Assembly (NCBI GenBank): GCA_964016885.1
Contig: OZ024744.1
Location: 13,578,001 to 13,642,000, forward strand
Source of the DNA: Eledone cirrhosa
Lineage: Eukaryota
Length of the DNA stretch: 64,000 nucleotides
Direction: 5' to 3'
Below, in pieces: positions 1 through 13,950 of the stretch (position 1 is its first letter; the number at the start of each line of letters is the position of its first letter). The notes under the pieces are model-generated. The model had not been told where the DNA came from and searched no databases. It saw only the letters and a program-made list of their open reading frames with translations. The translations under genes were made by a program, and so were the position numbers.

Positions 1-360
1 ATCAGAGTGTCACTCCAGTTAAAGCTACTCTCTAAATTGAGAGATTACAACTCCCATACTATGGACATGTGGTTAGAACGTCTCAGTAGATTAGAGTGTC
101 ATTCCAGTTAAAGCTACTCTCTAAATTGAGAGATCACAACTCCCATACTATGGACATGTGGGTAGAATGTCTCAGTAGATCAGAGAGTCACTCCAATTAA
201 AGCGACTAATTCTCTAAATTGAGAGATCACAACTCCCATACTATGGACATGTGGTTAGAATGTCTCAGTAGATTAGAGTGTCATTCCAGTTAAAGCTACT
301 CTCTAAATTGAGAGATCACAACTCCAATACTATGGACATGTGGTTAGAATGTCTCAGTAG

Positions 361-3300
361 ATCAGAGTGTCACTCCAGTTAAAGCTACTCTCTAAATTGA
401 GAGATTACAACTCCTATACTATGGACATGGGGTTAGAATGTCTCAGTAGATCAGAGTGTCACTCCAGTTAAAGCCACTCTCTAAATTGAAACATCACAAC
501 TCCCATACTATGGACATGTTGTTAGAATGTCTCAGTAGATCAGAGAGTCACTCCAGTTAAAGCCACTCTCTAGATTGAGAGATCACAACTCCAATACTAT
601 GGACATGGGGTTTGAAAGTCTCAGTAGATTAGAGTGTCAGTCCAGTTGAAGCTACTCTCTAAATTGAGAGATCACAACTCCAATATTATGGACATGGGGT
701 TTGAATGTCTCAGTAGATCAGAGAGTCGCTCAAGTTAAAGCCACTCTCTAAATTGAGAGATCACAACTCCAATACTATGGAAATGGGGTTAGAATGTCTC
801 AGTAGATCAGAGTGTCACTCCAGTTAAAGCTACACTCCCATACTATGGACATGTGGTTAGAATGTCTCAGTAGATTAGAGTGTCATTCCTGTTAAAGCTA
901 CTCTCTAAATTGAGAGATCACAACTCCAATACTATGGACATGTGGTTAGAATGTCTCAGTAGATCAGAGTGTCACTCCAGTTAAAGCTACTCTCCCATAC
1001 TATGGACATGTGGTTACAATGTCTAAGTAGATCAGAGAGTCACTCCTGTTATGGCGACTAATTCTCTAAATTGAGAGATCACAACTCCCACACTATGGAC
1101 ATGTGGTTAGAATGTCTCAGTAGATCAGAGAGTCACTCCAGTTAAAGCCACTCTCTAATTTGAGAGATCACAACTCCCATAATATGGACATGTGGTTAGA
1201 ATCTCTCAGTAGATCAGAGAGTCATTCCAGTTAAAGCCACTCTCTAAATTGAGAGATCACAACTCCCATACTATGGACGTGTGGTTAGAATGTCTCAGTA
1301 GATCAGAGAGTCACTCCAGTTAAAGCCACTCTCTAAATTGAGAGATCACAACTCCCATACTATGGACATGTGCTTAGAATGTCTCAGTAGATCAGAAAGT
1401 CACTCCAGTTAAATCTACTCTCTAAATTGAGAGATCACAACTCCCATAATATGGACATGTGGTTAGAACGTCTCAGTAGATCAGAGAGTCACTCCAGTTA
1501 AAGCCACTCTCTAAATTGAGAGATCACAACTCCAATACTATGGACATGGGGTTTGAAAGTCTCAGTAGATTAGAGTGTCACTCCATTTTAAGCTACTCTC
1601 TAAATTGAGAGATCACAACTCCAATAATATGGACATGGGATTTGAATGTCTCAGTAGATCAGAGAGTCGCTCAAGTTAAAGCCACTATCTAAATTGAGAG
1701 ATCACAACTCCAATACTATGGACATGTGGTTAGAATGTCTCAGTAGCTCAGAGTGTCACTCCAGTTAAAGCCACTCTCTAAATTGAGAGATCACAACTTC
1801 CATACTATGGACATGTGGTTAGAATGTCTCAGTAGATCAGAGAGTCTCTCCAGTTAAAGCTACTCTCTAAATTGAGAGACCACAACTCCCATACTATGGA
1901 CATGGGGTTTGAATGTCTCAGTAGATCAGAGAGTCACTCCAGTTAAAGCCACTCTCTAAATTGAGAGATCACAACTCCTATACTATGGACATAGGGTTAG
2001 AATGTCTCAGTAGATCAGAGTGTCACTCCAGTTAAAGCTACTCTCTAAATTGCGAGATCACAATTCCCATACTATGGACATGTGGTTAGTGTGTCTCAGT
2101 AGATCAGAGAGTCACTCCAGTTAAAGCCACTCTCTAAATTGAGAGATTACAACTCCAATACTATGGACATGTGGTTAGAATGTCTCAGTAGATTAGAGAG
2201 TCACTCCAGTTAAAGCCACTCTCTAAATTGAGAGATAACAACTCCAATACTATGGACATGTGATTAGAATGTCTCAGTAGATCAGAGTGTCACTCCAGTT
2301 AAAGCTACTCTCTAAATTGAGAGATTACAACTCCTATACTATGGACATGGGGTTAGAATGTCTCAGTAGATCAGAGTGTCACTCCAGTTAAAGCCACTCT
2401 CTAAATTGAAACATCACAACTCCCATACTATGGACATGTTGTTAGAATGTCTCAGTAGATCAGAGAGTCACTCCAGTTAAAGCCACTCTCTAAATTGAGA
2501 GATCACAACTCCAATACTATGGACATGGGGTTTGAAAGTCTCAGTAGATTAGAGTGTCAGTCCAGTTGAAGCTACTCTCTAAATTGAGAGATCACAACTC
2601 CAATATTATGGACATGGGGTTTGAATGTCTCAGTAGATCAGAGAGTCGCTCAAGTTAAAGCCACTCTCTAAATTGAGAGATCACAACTCCAATACTATGG
2701 ACATGTGGTTAGAATGTCTCAGTAGATCAGAGTGTCACTCCAGTTAAAGCTACTCTCCCATACTATGGACATGTGGTTAGAATGTCTCAGTAGATTAGAG
2801 TGTCATTCCTGTTAAAGCTACTCTCTAAATTGAGAGATCACAACTCCAATACTATGGACATGTGGTTAGAATGTCTCAGTAGATCAGAGTGTCACTCCAG
2901 TTAAAGCTACTCTCCCATACTATGGACATGTGGTTACAATGTCTAAGTAGATCAGAGAGTCACTCCTGTTATGGCGACTAATTCTCTAAATTGAGAGATC
3001 ACAACTCCCACACTATGGACATGTGGTTAGAATGTCTCAGTAGATCAGAGAGTCACTCCAGTTAAAGCCACTCTCTAATTTGAGAGATCACAACTTCCAT
3101 ACTATGGACATGTGGTTAGAATGTCTCAGTAGATAGGAGAATCACTCCAGTTAAAGCTACTCTCTAAATTGAGAGATCACATCTCCCATACTATGGGCAT
3201 GGGGTTAGAATGTCTCAATAGAACAGAGAGTCACTCTTGTTAAAGCTACTCTCTAAATTGAGAGATCACAACTCCCATAATATGGACATGTGGTTAGAAT

Positions 3301-4380
3301 CTCTCAGTAGATGAGAGAGTCATTCCAGTTAAAGCCACTCTCTAAATTGAGAGATCACAACTCCCATACTATGGACATGTGGTTAGAATGTCTCAGTAGA
3401 TCAGATAGTCACTCCAGTTAAAGCTACTCTCTAAATTGAGAGATCACAACTCCCATAATATGGACATGTGGTTAGAATGTCTCAGTAGATCAGAGAGTCA
3501 CTCCAGTTAAAGCCACTCTCTAAATTGAGAGATCACAACTCCCATACTATGGACATGTGCTTAGAATGTCTCAGTAGATCAGAAAGTCACTCCAGTTAAA
3601 TCTACTCTCTAAATTGAGAGATCACAACTCCCATAATATGGACATGTGGTTAGAATGTCTCAGTAGATCAGAGAGTCACTCCAGTTAAAGCCACTCTCTA
3701 AATTGAGAGATCACAACTCCAATACTATGGACATGGGGTTTGAAAGTCTCAGTAGATTAGAGTGTCACTCCATTTTAAGCTACTCTCTAAATTGAGAGAT
3801 CACAACTCCAATACTATGGACATGGGATTTGAATGTCTCAGTAGATCAGAGAGTCGCTCAAGTTAAAGCCACTATCTAAATTGAGAGATCACAACTCCAA
3901 TACTATGGACATGTGGTTAGAATGTCTCAGTAGATCAGAGAGTCTCTCCAGTTAAAGCTACTCTCTAAATTGAGAGACCACAACTCCCATACTATGGACA
4001 TGGGGTTTGAATGTCTCAGTAGATCAGAGAGTCACTCCAGTTAAAGCCACTCTCTAAATTGAGAGATCACAACTCCTATACTATGGACATAGGGTTAGAA
4101 TGTCTCAGTAGATCAGAGTGTCACTCCAGTTAAAGCTACTCTCTAAATTGAGAGATCACAATTCCCATACTATGGACATGTGGTTAGAGTGTCTCAGTAG
4201 ATCAGAGAGTCACTCCAGTTAAAGCCACTCTCTAAATTGAGAGATTACAACTCCAATACTATGGACATGTGGTTAGAATGTCTCAGTAGATTAGAGAGTC
4301 ACTCCAGTTAAAGCCACTCTCTAAATTGAGAGATAACAACTCCAATACTATGGACATGTGATTAGAATGTCTCAGTAGAT
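361..4380. repeat. Tandem duplication of a ~22-monomer block (offset 1920 bp); the second copy has gained and lost a few monomers
   Basis: Sequence from 361 and from 2281 matches marker for marker: TTGAAACATC, two 68-bp deleted monomers (806 and 963 vs 2726 and 2883), and CCTGTTATGGCGACTAAT (~1045 vs ~2965). 22x89 - 2x21 + 4 = 1920. Confidence 0.85.
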
Positions 4381-7300
4381 CAGAGTGTCACTCCGGTTAA
4401 AGCCACTCTCTAAATTAAGAGATCACAACTTCCATACTATGGACATGTGGTTAGAATGTCTCAGTAGATCAGAGAGTCACTCCAGTTAAAGCCACTCTCT
4501 AAATTGAGAGATCACAACTCCAATACTATGGTCATGTGGTTAGAATGTCTCAGTAGATCAGAGAGTCACTCCAGTTAAAGCCACTCTCTAAGTTCAGAGA
4601 TCACAACTCCAACACTATGGGCATGGGGTTTGAATGTCTCAGTAGATCAGAGTGTCACTCCAGTTAAAGTTACTCTCTAAATTGAGAGATCACAATTCCA
4701 ATAGTATGGACATGGGGTTTCAATGTCTCAGTAGATCAGGGAGTCACTCCAGTTAAAGCCACTCTCTAAATTGAGAGATCACAACTCCCGTACTATGGAC
4801 GTGTGGTTTAGAATGTCTCAGTAGATCAGAGAATTACTTCAGTTAAAGCTACTCTCTAAATTGAGAGATCACATCTCCCATACTATGGACATGTGGTTAG
4901 AATGTCTCAGTAGATTAGAGTGTCATTCCAGTTAAAGCTACTCTCTAAATTGAGAGATCACAACTCCCATACTATGGACATGTTGTTAGAATGTCTCAGT
5001 AGATCAGAGAGTCACTCCAATTAAAGCCACTCTCTAAATTGAGAGATCACAACTCCAATACTATGGGCATGGGGTTTGAAAGTCTCAGTTGATTAGAGTG
5101 TCACTCCAGTTAAAGTTACTCTCTAAATTGAGAGATCACAACTCCAATACTATGGACATGGGGTTTGAATGTCTCAGTAGATCACAGAGTCGCTCAAGTT
5201 AAAGCCACTCTCTAAATTGAGAGATCACAACTCCAATACTATGAACATGTGGTTAGAATGTCTCAGTAGATCAGAGTGTCACTCCAGTTAAAGCTACTCT
5301 CTAAATTGAGAGATCACAACTCCCATACTATGGACATGTGGTTAGAATGTCTCAGTAGATCAGAGAGTCACTCCAGTTAAAGCCACTCTCTAATTTGAGA
5401 GATCACAACTTCCATACTATGGACATGGGGTTTGAATGTCTCAGTAGATCAGAGATTCACTCCAGTTAAAGCTACTCTCTAAATTGAGAGATTACAACTC
5501 CAATACTATGGACATGTGGTTAGAATTTCTCAGTAGATTAGAGAGTCACTCCAGTTAAAGCCACTCTCTAAATTGAGAGATCACAACTTCCATACTATTG
5601 ATATGTGGTTAGAATGTTTCAGTAGATCAGAGAGTCACTTCAGTTAAAGCCACTCTCTAAATTGAGAGATCACAACTCCAATAGTATGGTTATGTGGTTA
5701 GAATGTCTCAGTAGATTAGAGAGTCACTCCAGTTAAAGCCACTCTCTAATTTGAGAGATCACAACTTCCATACTATGGACGTGTGGTTACAATGTCTCAG
5801 TAGATCAGAGAATCACTCCAGGTAAAGCTACTCTCTAAATTGAGAGATCACAACTACCATACTATGAACATGTGGTTAGAATGTCTCAGTAGATCAGAGA
5901 GTCACTCCAGTTAAAGCTACTCTCTAAATTGAGAGATCACAACTCCCATACTATGGAAATGTGGTTAGAATGTCTCAGTAGATCAGAGAGTCACTCCAGT
6001 TAAAGCCACTCTCTAAATTGAGAGATCACAACTCCCATACTATGGACATGTGGTTAGAATGTCTCAGTAGAACAGAAAGTCACTCCAGTTAAAGCTACAC
6101 TCTAAATTGAGAGATCACAACTCCCATACTATGGACATGTGGTTAGAATGTCTCAGTAGATTAGAGTGTCAATCCAGTTAAAGCTACTCTATAAATTGAG
6201 AGATCACAACTCCCATACTATGGACATGTGGGTAGAATGTCTCAGTAGATCAGAGAGTCACTCCAGTTAAAGCCACTAATTCTCTAAATTGAGAGATCAC
6301 AACTCCCATAATATGGACATGTGGTTAGAATGTCTCAGTAGATCAGAGAGTCACTCCTGTTAAGCCACTCTCTAAATTGAGAGATCACAACTTCCATACT
6401 ATGGACATGTGGTTAGAATGTCTCAGTAGATCAGAGAGTCACTCCAGTTAAAGCTACTCACTAAATTGAGAGATCACAACTCCCATACCATGGACATGGG
6501 GTTTGAATGTCTCAGTAGATCAGAGATTCACTCCAGTTAAAGCTACTCTCTAAATTGAGAGATAACAACTCCAATACTATGGACATGTGGTTAGAATGTC
6601 TCAGTAGATTAGAGTGTCAATCCAGTTAAAGCTACTCTCTAAATAGAGAGATCACAACTCCCATACTATGGACATGTGGGTAGAATGTGTCAGTAGATCA
6701 GAGAGTCACTCCAGTTAAAGCCACTAATTCTCTAAATTGAGAGATCACAACTCCCATACTATGGACATGGGGTTTGAATGTCTCAGTAGATCAGAGATTA
6801 ACTCCAGTTAAAGCTACTCTCTAAATTGAGAGATCACAACTCCAATACTATGGACATGGGGTTTGAAAGTCTCAGTAGATCAGAGTGTCACTCCAGTTAA
6901 AGCTACTCTCTAAATTAAGAGATTACAACTCCAATACTATGGACATGTGGTTAGAATGTCTCAGTAGATTAGAGAGTCACTCCAGTTAAAGCCACTCTCT
7001 AAATTGAGAGATCACAACTCCAATACTATGGACATGGGGTTAGAATGTCTCAGTAGATCAGAGTGTCACTCCAGTTAAAGCCACTCTCTAAATTGACAGA
7101 TCACAACTCCAATACTATGGTCATGTGGTTAGAATGTCTCAGTAGATCAGAGAGTCACTCCAGTTAAAGCTACTCTCTAAATTGAGAGATCACAACTCCA
7201 ATACTATGGACATGGGGTTTGAAAATCTCAGTAGATCAGAGTGTCACTCCAGTTAAAGCTACTCTCTAAATTGAGAGATTACAACTCCAATACTATGGAC

Positions 7301-10300
7301 ATGGGGTTTGAATGTCTCAGTAGATCAGAGAGTCACTCCAGTTAAAGCTACTCTCTAAATTGAGAGATCACAACTCCCATACTATGGAAATGTGGTTAGA
7401 ATGTCTTCAGTAGATCAGAGAGTCACTCCAGTTAAAGCCACTCTCTAAATTGAGAGATCATAACTCCCATACTATGGACGTGTGGTTAGAATGTCTCAGT
7501 AGATCAGAGAATCACTCCAGTTAAAGCTACTCTCTAAATTGAGAGATCACAACTACCATACTATGAACATGTGGTTAGAATGTCTCAGTAGATCAGAGAG
7601 TCATTCTTGTTAAAGCTACTCTCTAAATTGAGAGATCACAACTCCCATACTATGGACATGTGGTTACAATCTCTCAGTAGATCAGAGAGTCATTCCAGCT
7701 AAAGCCACTCTCTAAATTGAGAGATCACAACTCCCATACTATGGACGTGTGGTTAGAATGTCTCAGTAGATCAGAGAATCACTCCAGTTAAAGCTACTCT
7801 CTAAATTGAGAGATCACAACTACCATACTATGAACATGTGGTTAGAATGTCTCAGTAGATCAGAGAGTCACTCCAGTTAAAGCTACTCTCTAAATTGAGA
7901 GATCACAACTCCCATACTATGGAAATGTGGTTAGAATGTCTTCAGTAGATCAGAGAGTCACTCCAGTTAAAGCCACTCTCTAAATTGAGAGATCATAACT
8001 CCCATACTATGGACATGTGGTTAGAATGTCTCAGTAGATGAGAAAGTCACTCCAGTTAAAGCTACACTCTAAATTGAGAGATCACAACTCCCATACTATG
8101 GACATGTGGTTAGAATGTCTCAGTAGATTAGAGTGTCAATCCAGTTAAAGCTACTCTCTAAATTGAGAGATCACAACTCCCATACTATGGACATGTGGTT
8201 AGAATGTCTCAGTAGATCAGAGAGTCACTCCAGTTAAGCCACTCTCTAAATTGAGAGATCACAACTCCCATACTATGGACATGTGGGTAGAATGTCTCAG
8301 TAGATCAGAGAGTCACTCCAGTTAAAGCGACTAATTCTCTAAATTGAGAGATCACAACTCCCATACTATGGACATGGGGTTTTAATGTCTCAGTAGATCA
8401 GAGATTCACTCCAGTTAAAGCTACTCTCTAAATTGAGAGATCACAACTCCAATACTATGGACATGGGGTTTGAACGTCTCAGTAGATCAGAGTGTCACTC
8501 CAGTTAAAGCTATTCTCTAAATTGAGAGATTACAACTCCAATACTATGGACATGTGGTTAGAATGTCTCAGTAGATTAGAGAGTCACTCCAGTTAAAGCC
8601 ACTCTCTAAGTTGAGAGATCACAACTCCAATACTATGGTCATGGTCATGTGGTTAGAATGTCTCAGTAGATCAGAGAGTCACTCCAGTTAAAGCCACTCT
8701 CTAAATTGAGAGATCACAACTTCCATACTATGGACATGTGGTTAGAATGTCTCAGTAGATCAGAGTGTCACTCCAGTTAAAGCTACTCTCTAAATTGAGA
8801 GATTACAACTCCAATACTATGGACATGGGGTTTGAATGTCTCAGTAGATCAGAGAGTCACTCCAGTTAAAGCTACTCTCTAAATTGAGAGATCACAACTC
8901 CCATACTATGGACATGTGGTTAGAATGTCTCAGTAGATCAGAGAGTCACTCCAGTTAAAGCTACTCTCTAAATTGAGAGATCACAACTCCCATACTATGG
9001 ACATGTGGTTAGAATGTCTCAGTAGATCAGAGAGTCACTCCAGTTAAAGCCACTCTCTAAATTGAGAGATCACAACTCGCATACTATGAACATGTGGTTA
9101 GAATGTCTCAGTAGATCAGAGAGTCACTCCAGTTAAAGCTACTCTCTAAATTGAGAGATCACAACTCCCATAGTATGGACATGTGGTTAGAATGTCTCAG
9201 TAGATCAGAGGGTCACTCCAGTTAAAGCCACTCTCTAAATTGAGAGATCACAACTCCCATACTATGGACATGTGGTGAGAATGTCTCAGTAGATCAGAGA
9301 GTCACTCCAGTTAAAGCTACTCTCTAAATTGAGAGATCACAACTCCTATACTATGGACATGGCGTTAGAATGTCTCAGTAGATCAGAGTGTCACTCCAGT
9401 TAAAGCCACTAATTCTCTAAATTGAGAGATCACAACTCCCATACTATGGACATGGGGTTTGAATGTCTCAGTAGATCAGAGATTAACTCCAGTTAAAGCT
9501 ACTCTCTAAATTGAGAGCTCACAACTCCAATACTATGGACATGGGGTTTGAAAGTCTCAGTAGATCAGAGTGTCACTCCAGTTAAAGCTACTCTCTAAAT
9601 TAAGAGATTACAACTCCAATACTATGGACATGTGGTTAGAATGTCTCAGTAGATTAGAGAGTCACTCCAGTTAAAGCCACTCTCTAAATTGAGAGATCAC
9701 AACTCCAATACTATGGACATGGGGTTAGAATGTCTCAGTAGATCAGAGTGTCACTCCAGTTAAAGCCACTCTCTAAATTGACAGATCACAACTCCAATAC
9801 TATGGTCATGTGGTTAGAATGTCTCAGTAGATCAGAGAGTCACTCCAGTTAAAGCTACTCTCTAAATTGAGATATCACAACTCCAATACAATGGACATGG
9901 GGTTTGAAAATCTCAGTAGATCAGAGTGTCACTCCAGTTAAAGCTACTCTCTAAATTGAGAGATTACAACTCCAATACTATGGACATGGGGTTTGAATGT
10001 CTCAGTAGATCAGAGAGTCACTCCAGTTAAAGCTACTCTCTAAATTGAGAGATCACAACTCCAATACTATGGACATGTGACTAGAATGTCTCAGTAGATC
10101 AGAGAGTCATTCCAGTTAAAGCCACTCTCTAAATTGAGAGATCACAACTCCCGTACTATGGACGTGTGGTTAGAATGTCTCAATAGATCAGAGAATCACT
10201 CCAGTTAAAGCTACTCTCTAAATTGAGAGATCACATCTCCCATACTATGGACATGTGGTTAGAATGTCTCAGTAGATCAGGGAGTCATTCTTGTTAAAGC

Positions 10301-11429
10301 TACTCTCTAAATTGAGAGATCACAACTCCAATACTATGGACATGGGGTTAGAATGTCTCAGTAGATCAGAGTGTCACTCCAGTTAAAGCCACTCTCTAAA
10401 TTGACAGATCACAACTCCAATACTATGGACATGTGGTTAGAATGTCTCAGTAGATCAGAGTGTCACTCCAGTTAAAGCCACTCTCTAAATTGAGAGATCA
10501 CAACTCCCATACTATGGAAGTGTGGTTAGAATGTCTCAGTAGATCAGAGAATCACTCCAGTTAAAGCTACTCTCTAAATTGAGAGAACACAACTACCATA
10601 CTATGAACATGTGGTTAGAATGTCTCAGTAGATCAGAGAGTCACTCCAGTTAAAGCTACTCTCTAAATTGAGAGATCACAACTCCCATACTATGGACATG
10701 TGGTTAGAATGTCTCAGTAGATGAGAAAGTCACTCCAGTTAAAGCTACACTCTAAATTGAGAGATCACAACTCCCATACTATGGACATGTGGTTAGAATG
10801 TCTCAGTAGATTAGAGTGTCAATCCAGTTAAAGCTACTCTCTAAATTGAGAGATCACAACTCCCATACTATGGACATGTGGTTAGAATGTCTCAGTAGAT
10901 CAGAGAGTCACTCCAGTTAAGCCACTCTCTAAATTGAGAGATCACAACTTCAATACTATGGACATGTGTTTAGAATGTCTCAGTAGATAAGAGAGTCACT
11001 CCAGTTAAAGCTACGCACTAAATTGAGAGATCACAACTCCCATACCATGGACATGGGGTTTGAATGTCTCAGTAGATCAGAGATTCACTCCAGTTAAAGC
11101 TACTCTCTAAATTGAGAGATAACAACTCCAATACTATGGACATGTGGTTAGAATGTCTCACTAGATTAGAGTGTCAATCCAGTTAAAACTACTCTCTAAA
11201 TTGAGAGATCACAACTCCCATACTATGGACATGTGGGTAGAATGTCTCAGTAGATCAGAGAGTCACTCCAGTTAAAGCGACAAATTCTCTAAATTGAGAG
11301 ATCACAACTCCCATACTATGGACATGGGGTTTTAATGTCTCATAGATCAGAGATTCACTCCAGTTAAAGCTACTCTCTAAATTGAGAGATTACAACTCCA
11401 ATACTATGGACATGTGGTTAGAATGTCTC

Positions 11430-13950
11430 AGTAGATCAGAGAGTCACTCCAGTTAAAGCAATTCTCTAAGTTGAGAGATGACAACTCCAATACTATGGTC
11501 ATGTGGTTAGAATGTCTCAGTAGATCAGAGAGTCACTCCAGTTAAAGCCACTCTCTAAATTGATAGATCACAACTCCAATAATATGGACATGGGGTTTGA
11601 ATGTCTCAGTACATCAGAGTGTCACTCCAGTTAAAGTTACTCTCTAAATTGAGAGATCACAACTCCAATACTATGGACATGGGGTTTGAATGTCTCAGTA
11701 GATCAGAGAGTCACTCCAGTTAAAGCTACTCTCTGAATTGAGAGATCACAATTCCTATACTATGGACATGGGGTTTGAAAGTCTCAGTAGATCAGAGTGT
11801 CACTCCAGTTAAAGCTACTCTCTAAATTGAGAGATTACAACTCCAATACTATGGACATTGGGTTTGAATGTCTCAGTAGATCAGAGAGTCACTCCAGTTA
11901 AAGCTACTCTCTAAATTGAGAGATCACAACTCCCATACTATGGACATGTGGTTAGAATGTCTCAGTAGATCAGAGAGTCACTCCAGTTAAAGCTACTCTC
12001 TAAATTGAGAGATCACAACTCCCATACTATGGACATGTGGTTAGAATGTCTCAGTAGATCAGAGAGTCACTCCAGTTAAAGCCACTCTCTAAATTGAGAG
12101 ATCACAACTCGCATACTATGGACATGTGGTTAGAATGTCTCAGTAGATCAGAGAGTCACTCCAGTTAAAGCTACTCTCTAAATTGAGAGATCACAACTCC
12201 CATAGTATGGACATGTGGTTAGAATGTCTCAGTAGATCAGAGAGTCACTCCAGTTAAAGCCACTCTCTAAATTGAGAGATCACAACTCCCATACTATGGA
12301 CATGTGGTGAGAATGTCTCAGTAGATCAGAGAGTCACTCCAGTTAAAGCTACTCTCTAAATTGAGAGATCACAACTCCTATACTATGGACATGGCGTTAG
12401 AATGTCTCAGTAGATCAGAGTGTCACTCCAGTTAAAGCCACTCTCTAAATTGAGAGATCACAACTCCAATACTATGGACATGTGGTTAGAATGTCTCAGT
12501 AGATTAGAGAGTCTCTCCAGTTAAAGCCACTCTCTAAATTGAGAGATCACAACTCCAATACTATGGACATGTGGTTAGAATGTCTCAGTAGATCAGAGTG
12601 TCACTCCAGTTAAAGCCACTCTCTAAATTGAGAGATCACAACTCCAATACTATGGACATGGTGTTAGAATGTCTCAGTAGATCAGAGTGTCACTCCAGTT
12701 AAAGCCACTCTCTAAATTGAGAGATCACAACTTCCATACTATGGACATGTGGTTAGAATGTCTCAGTAGATCAGAGAGTCACTCCAGTTAAAGCAATTCT
12801 CTAAGTTGAGAGATCACAACTCCAATACTATGGTCATGTGGTTAGAATGTCTCAGTAGATCAGAGAGTCACTCCAGTTAAAGCCACTCTCTAAATTGAGA
12901 GATCACAACTCCAATAATATGGACATGGGGTTTGAATGTCTCAGTACATCAGAGTGTCACTCCAGTTAAAGTTACTCTCTAAATTGAGAGATCACAACTC
13001 CAATACTATGGACATGGGGTTTGAATGTCTCAGTAGATCAGAGAGTCACTCCAGTTAAAGCTACTCTCTGAATTGAGAGATCACAATTCCTATACTATGG
13101 ACATGGGGTTTGAAAGTCTCAGTAGATCAGAGTGTCACTCCAGTTAAAGCTACTCTCTAAATTGAGAGATTACAACTCCAATACTATGGACATGGGTTTT
13201 GAATGTCTCAGTAGATCAGAGAGTCACTCCAGTTAAAGCTACTCTCTAAATTGAGAGATCACAACTCCCATACTATGGACATGTGGTTAGAATGTCTCAG
13301 TAGATCAGAGAGTCACTCCAGTTAAACTACTCTCTAAATTGAGAGATCACAACTCCCATACTATGGACATGTGGTTAGAATGTCTCAGTAGATCAGAGAG
13401 TCACTCCAGTTAAAGCCACTCTCTAAATTGAGAGATCACAACTCGCATACTATGGACATGTGGTTAGAATGTCTCAGTAGATCAGAGAGTCACTCCAGTT
13501 AAAGCTACTCTCTAAATTGAGAGATCACAACTCCCATAGTATGGACATGTGGTTAGAATGTCTCAGTAGATCAGAGAGTCACTCCAGTTAAAGCCACTCT
13601 CTAAATTGAGAGATCACAACTCCCATACTATGGACATGTGGTGAGAATGTCTCAGTAGATCAGAGAGTCACTCCAGTTAAAGCTACTCTCTAAATTGAGA
13701 GATCACAACTCCTATACTATGGACATGGCATTAAAATGTCTCAGTAGATCAGAGTGTCACTCCAGTTAAAGCCACTCTCTAAATTGAGAGATCACAACTC
13801 CAATACTATGGACATGTGGTTAGAATGTCTCAGTAGATTAGAGAGTCACTCCAGTTAAAGCCACTCTCTAAATTGAGAGATCACAACTCCAATACTATGG
13901 ACATGTGGTTAGAATGTCTCAGTAGATCAGAGTCTCACTCCAGTTAAAGC
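11430..13950. repeat. Tandem duplication of a 15-monomer block (offset 1334-1335 bp) at the left edge of the central domain
   Basis: GCAATTCTCTAAGTTG occurs at 11458 and 12793 (offset 1335 = 15x89). The GTGGTGAGAA variant occurs at ~12308 and ~13642. CTCTGAATT, CAGTACATC and CTCGCATAC variants recur in the same order. Confidence 0.8.

Noticed and set aside
1-111. Repetitive protein-coding ORF (one plus frame reads IRESLQLKLLSKLRDHNSHTMDMWLECLSRSESHSS* in consensus)
   Set aside because: 89 is not a multiple of 3, so the open frame hits TAA early in the next monomer and is preceded by TAG. This gives about 36 codons stop-to-stop and 16 from the first ATG. The minus strand also has many stop triplets, and indels of -1, +1 and +4 are tolerated.
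1-178. Hammerhead-ribozyme satellite like those in newts, schistosomes and cave crickets
   Set aside because: The core CUGANGA and the GAAA motif are missing from the consensus on both strands. The minus strand has only CTGATCT and CTGAGAC.
1992-2000. Telomere-like motif (GGTTAG in consensus; TAGGGTTAG at 1992 and 4090)
   Set aside because: There is only one hexamer per monomer, never in tandem, and it is frequently mutated to GGTTTG. This is compatible with chance.
11880-12450. Strict 178-bp A/B dimer from alternating GCTACT and GCCACT monomers
   Set aside because: Alternation holds only over short stretches, and runs of the same allele are common. The basic unit is 89 bp.
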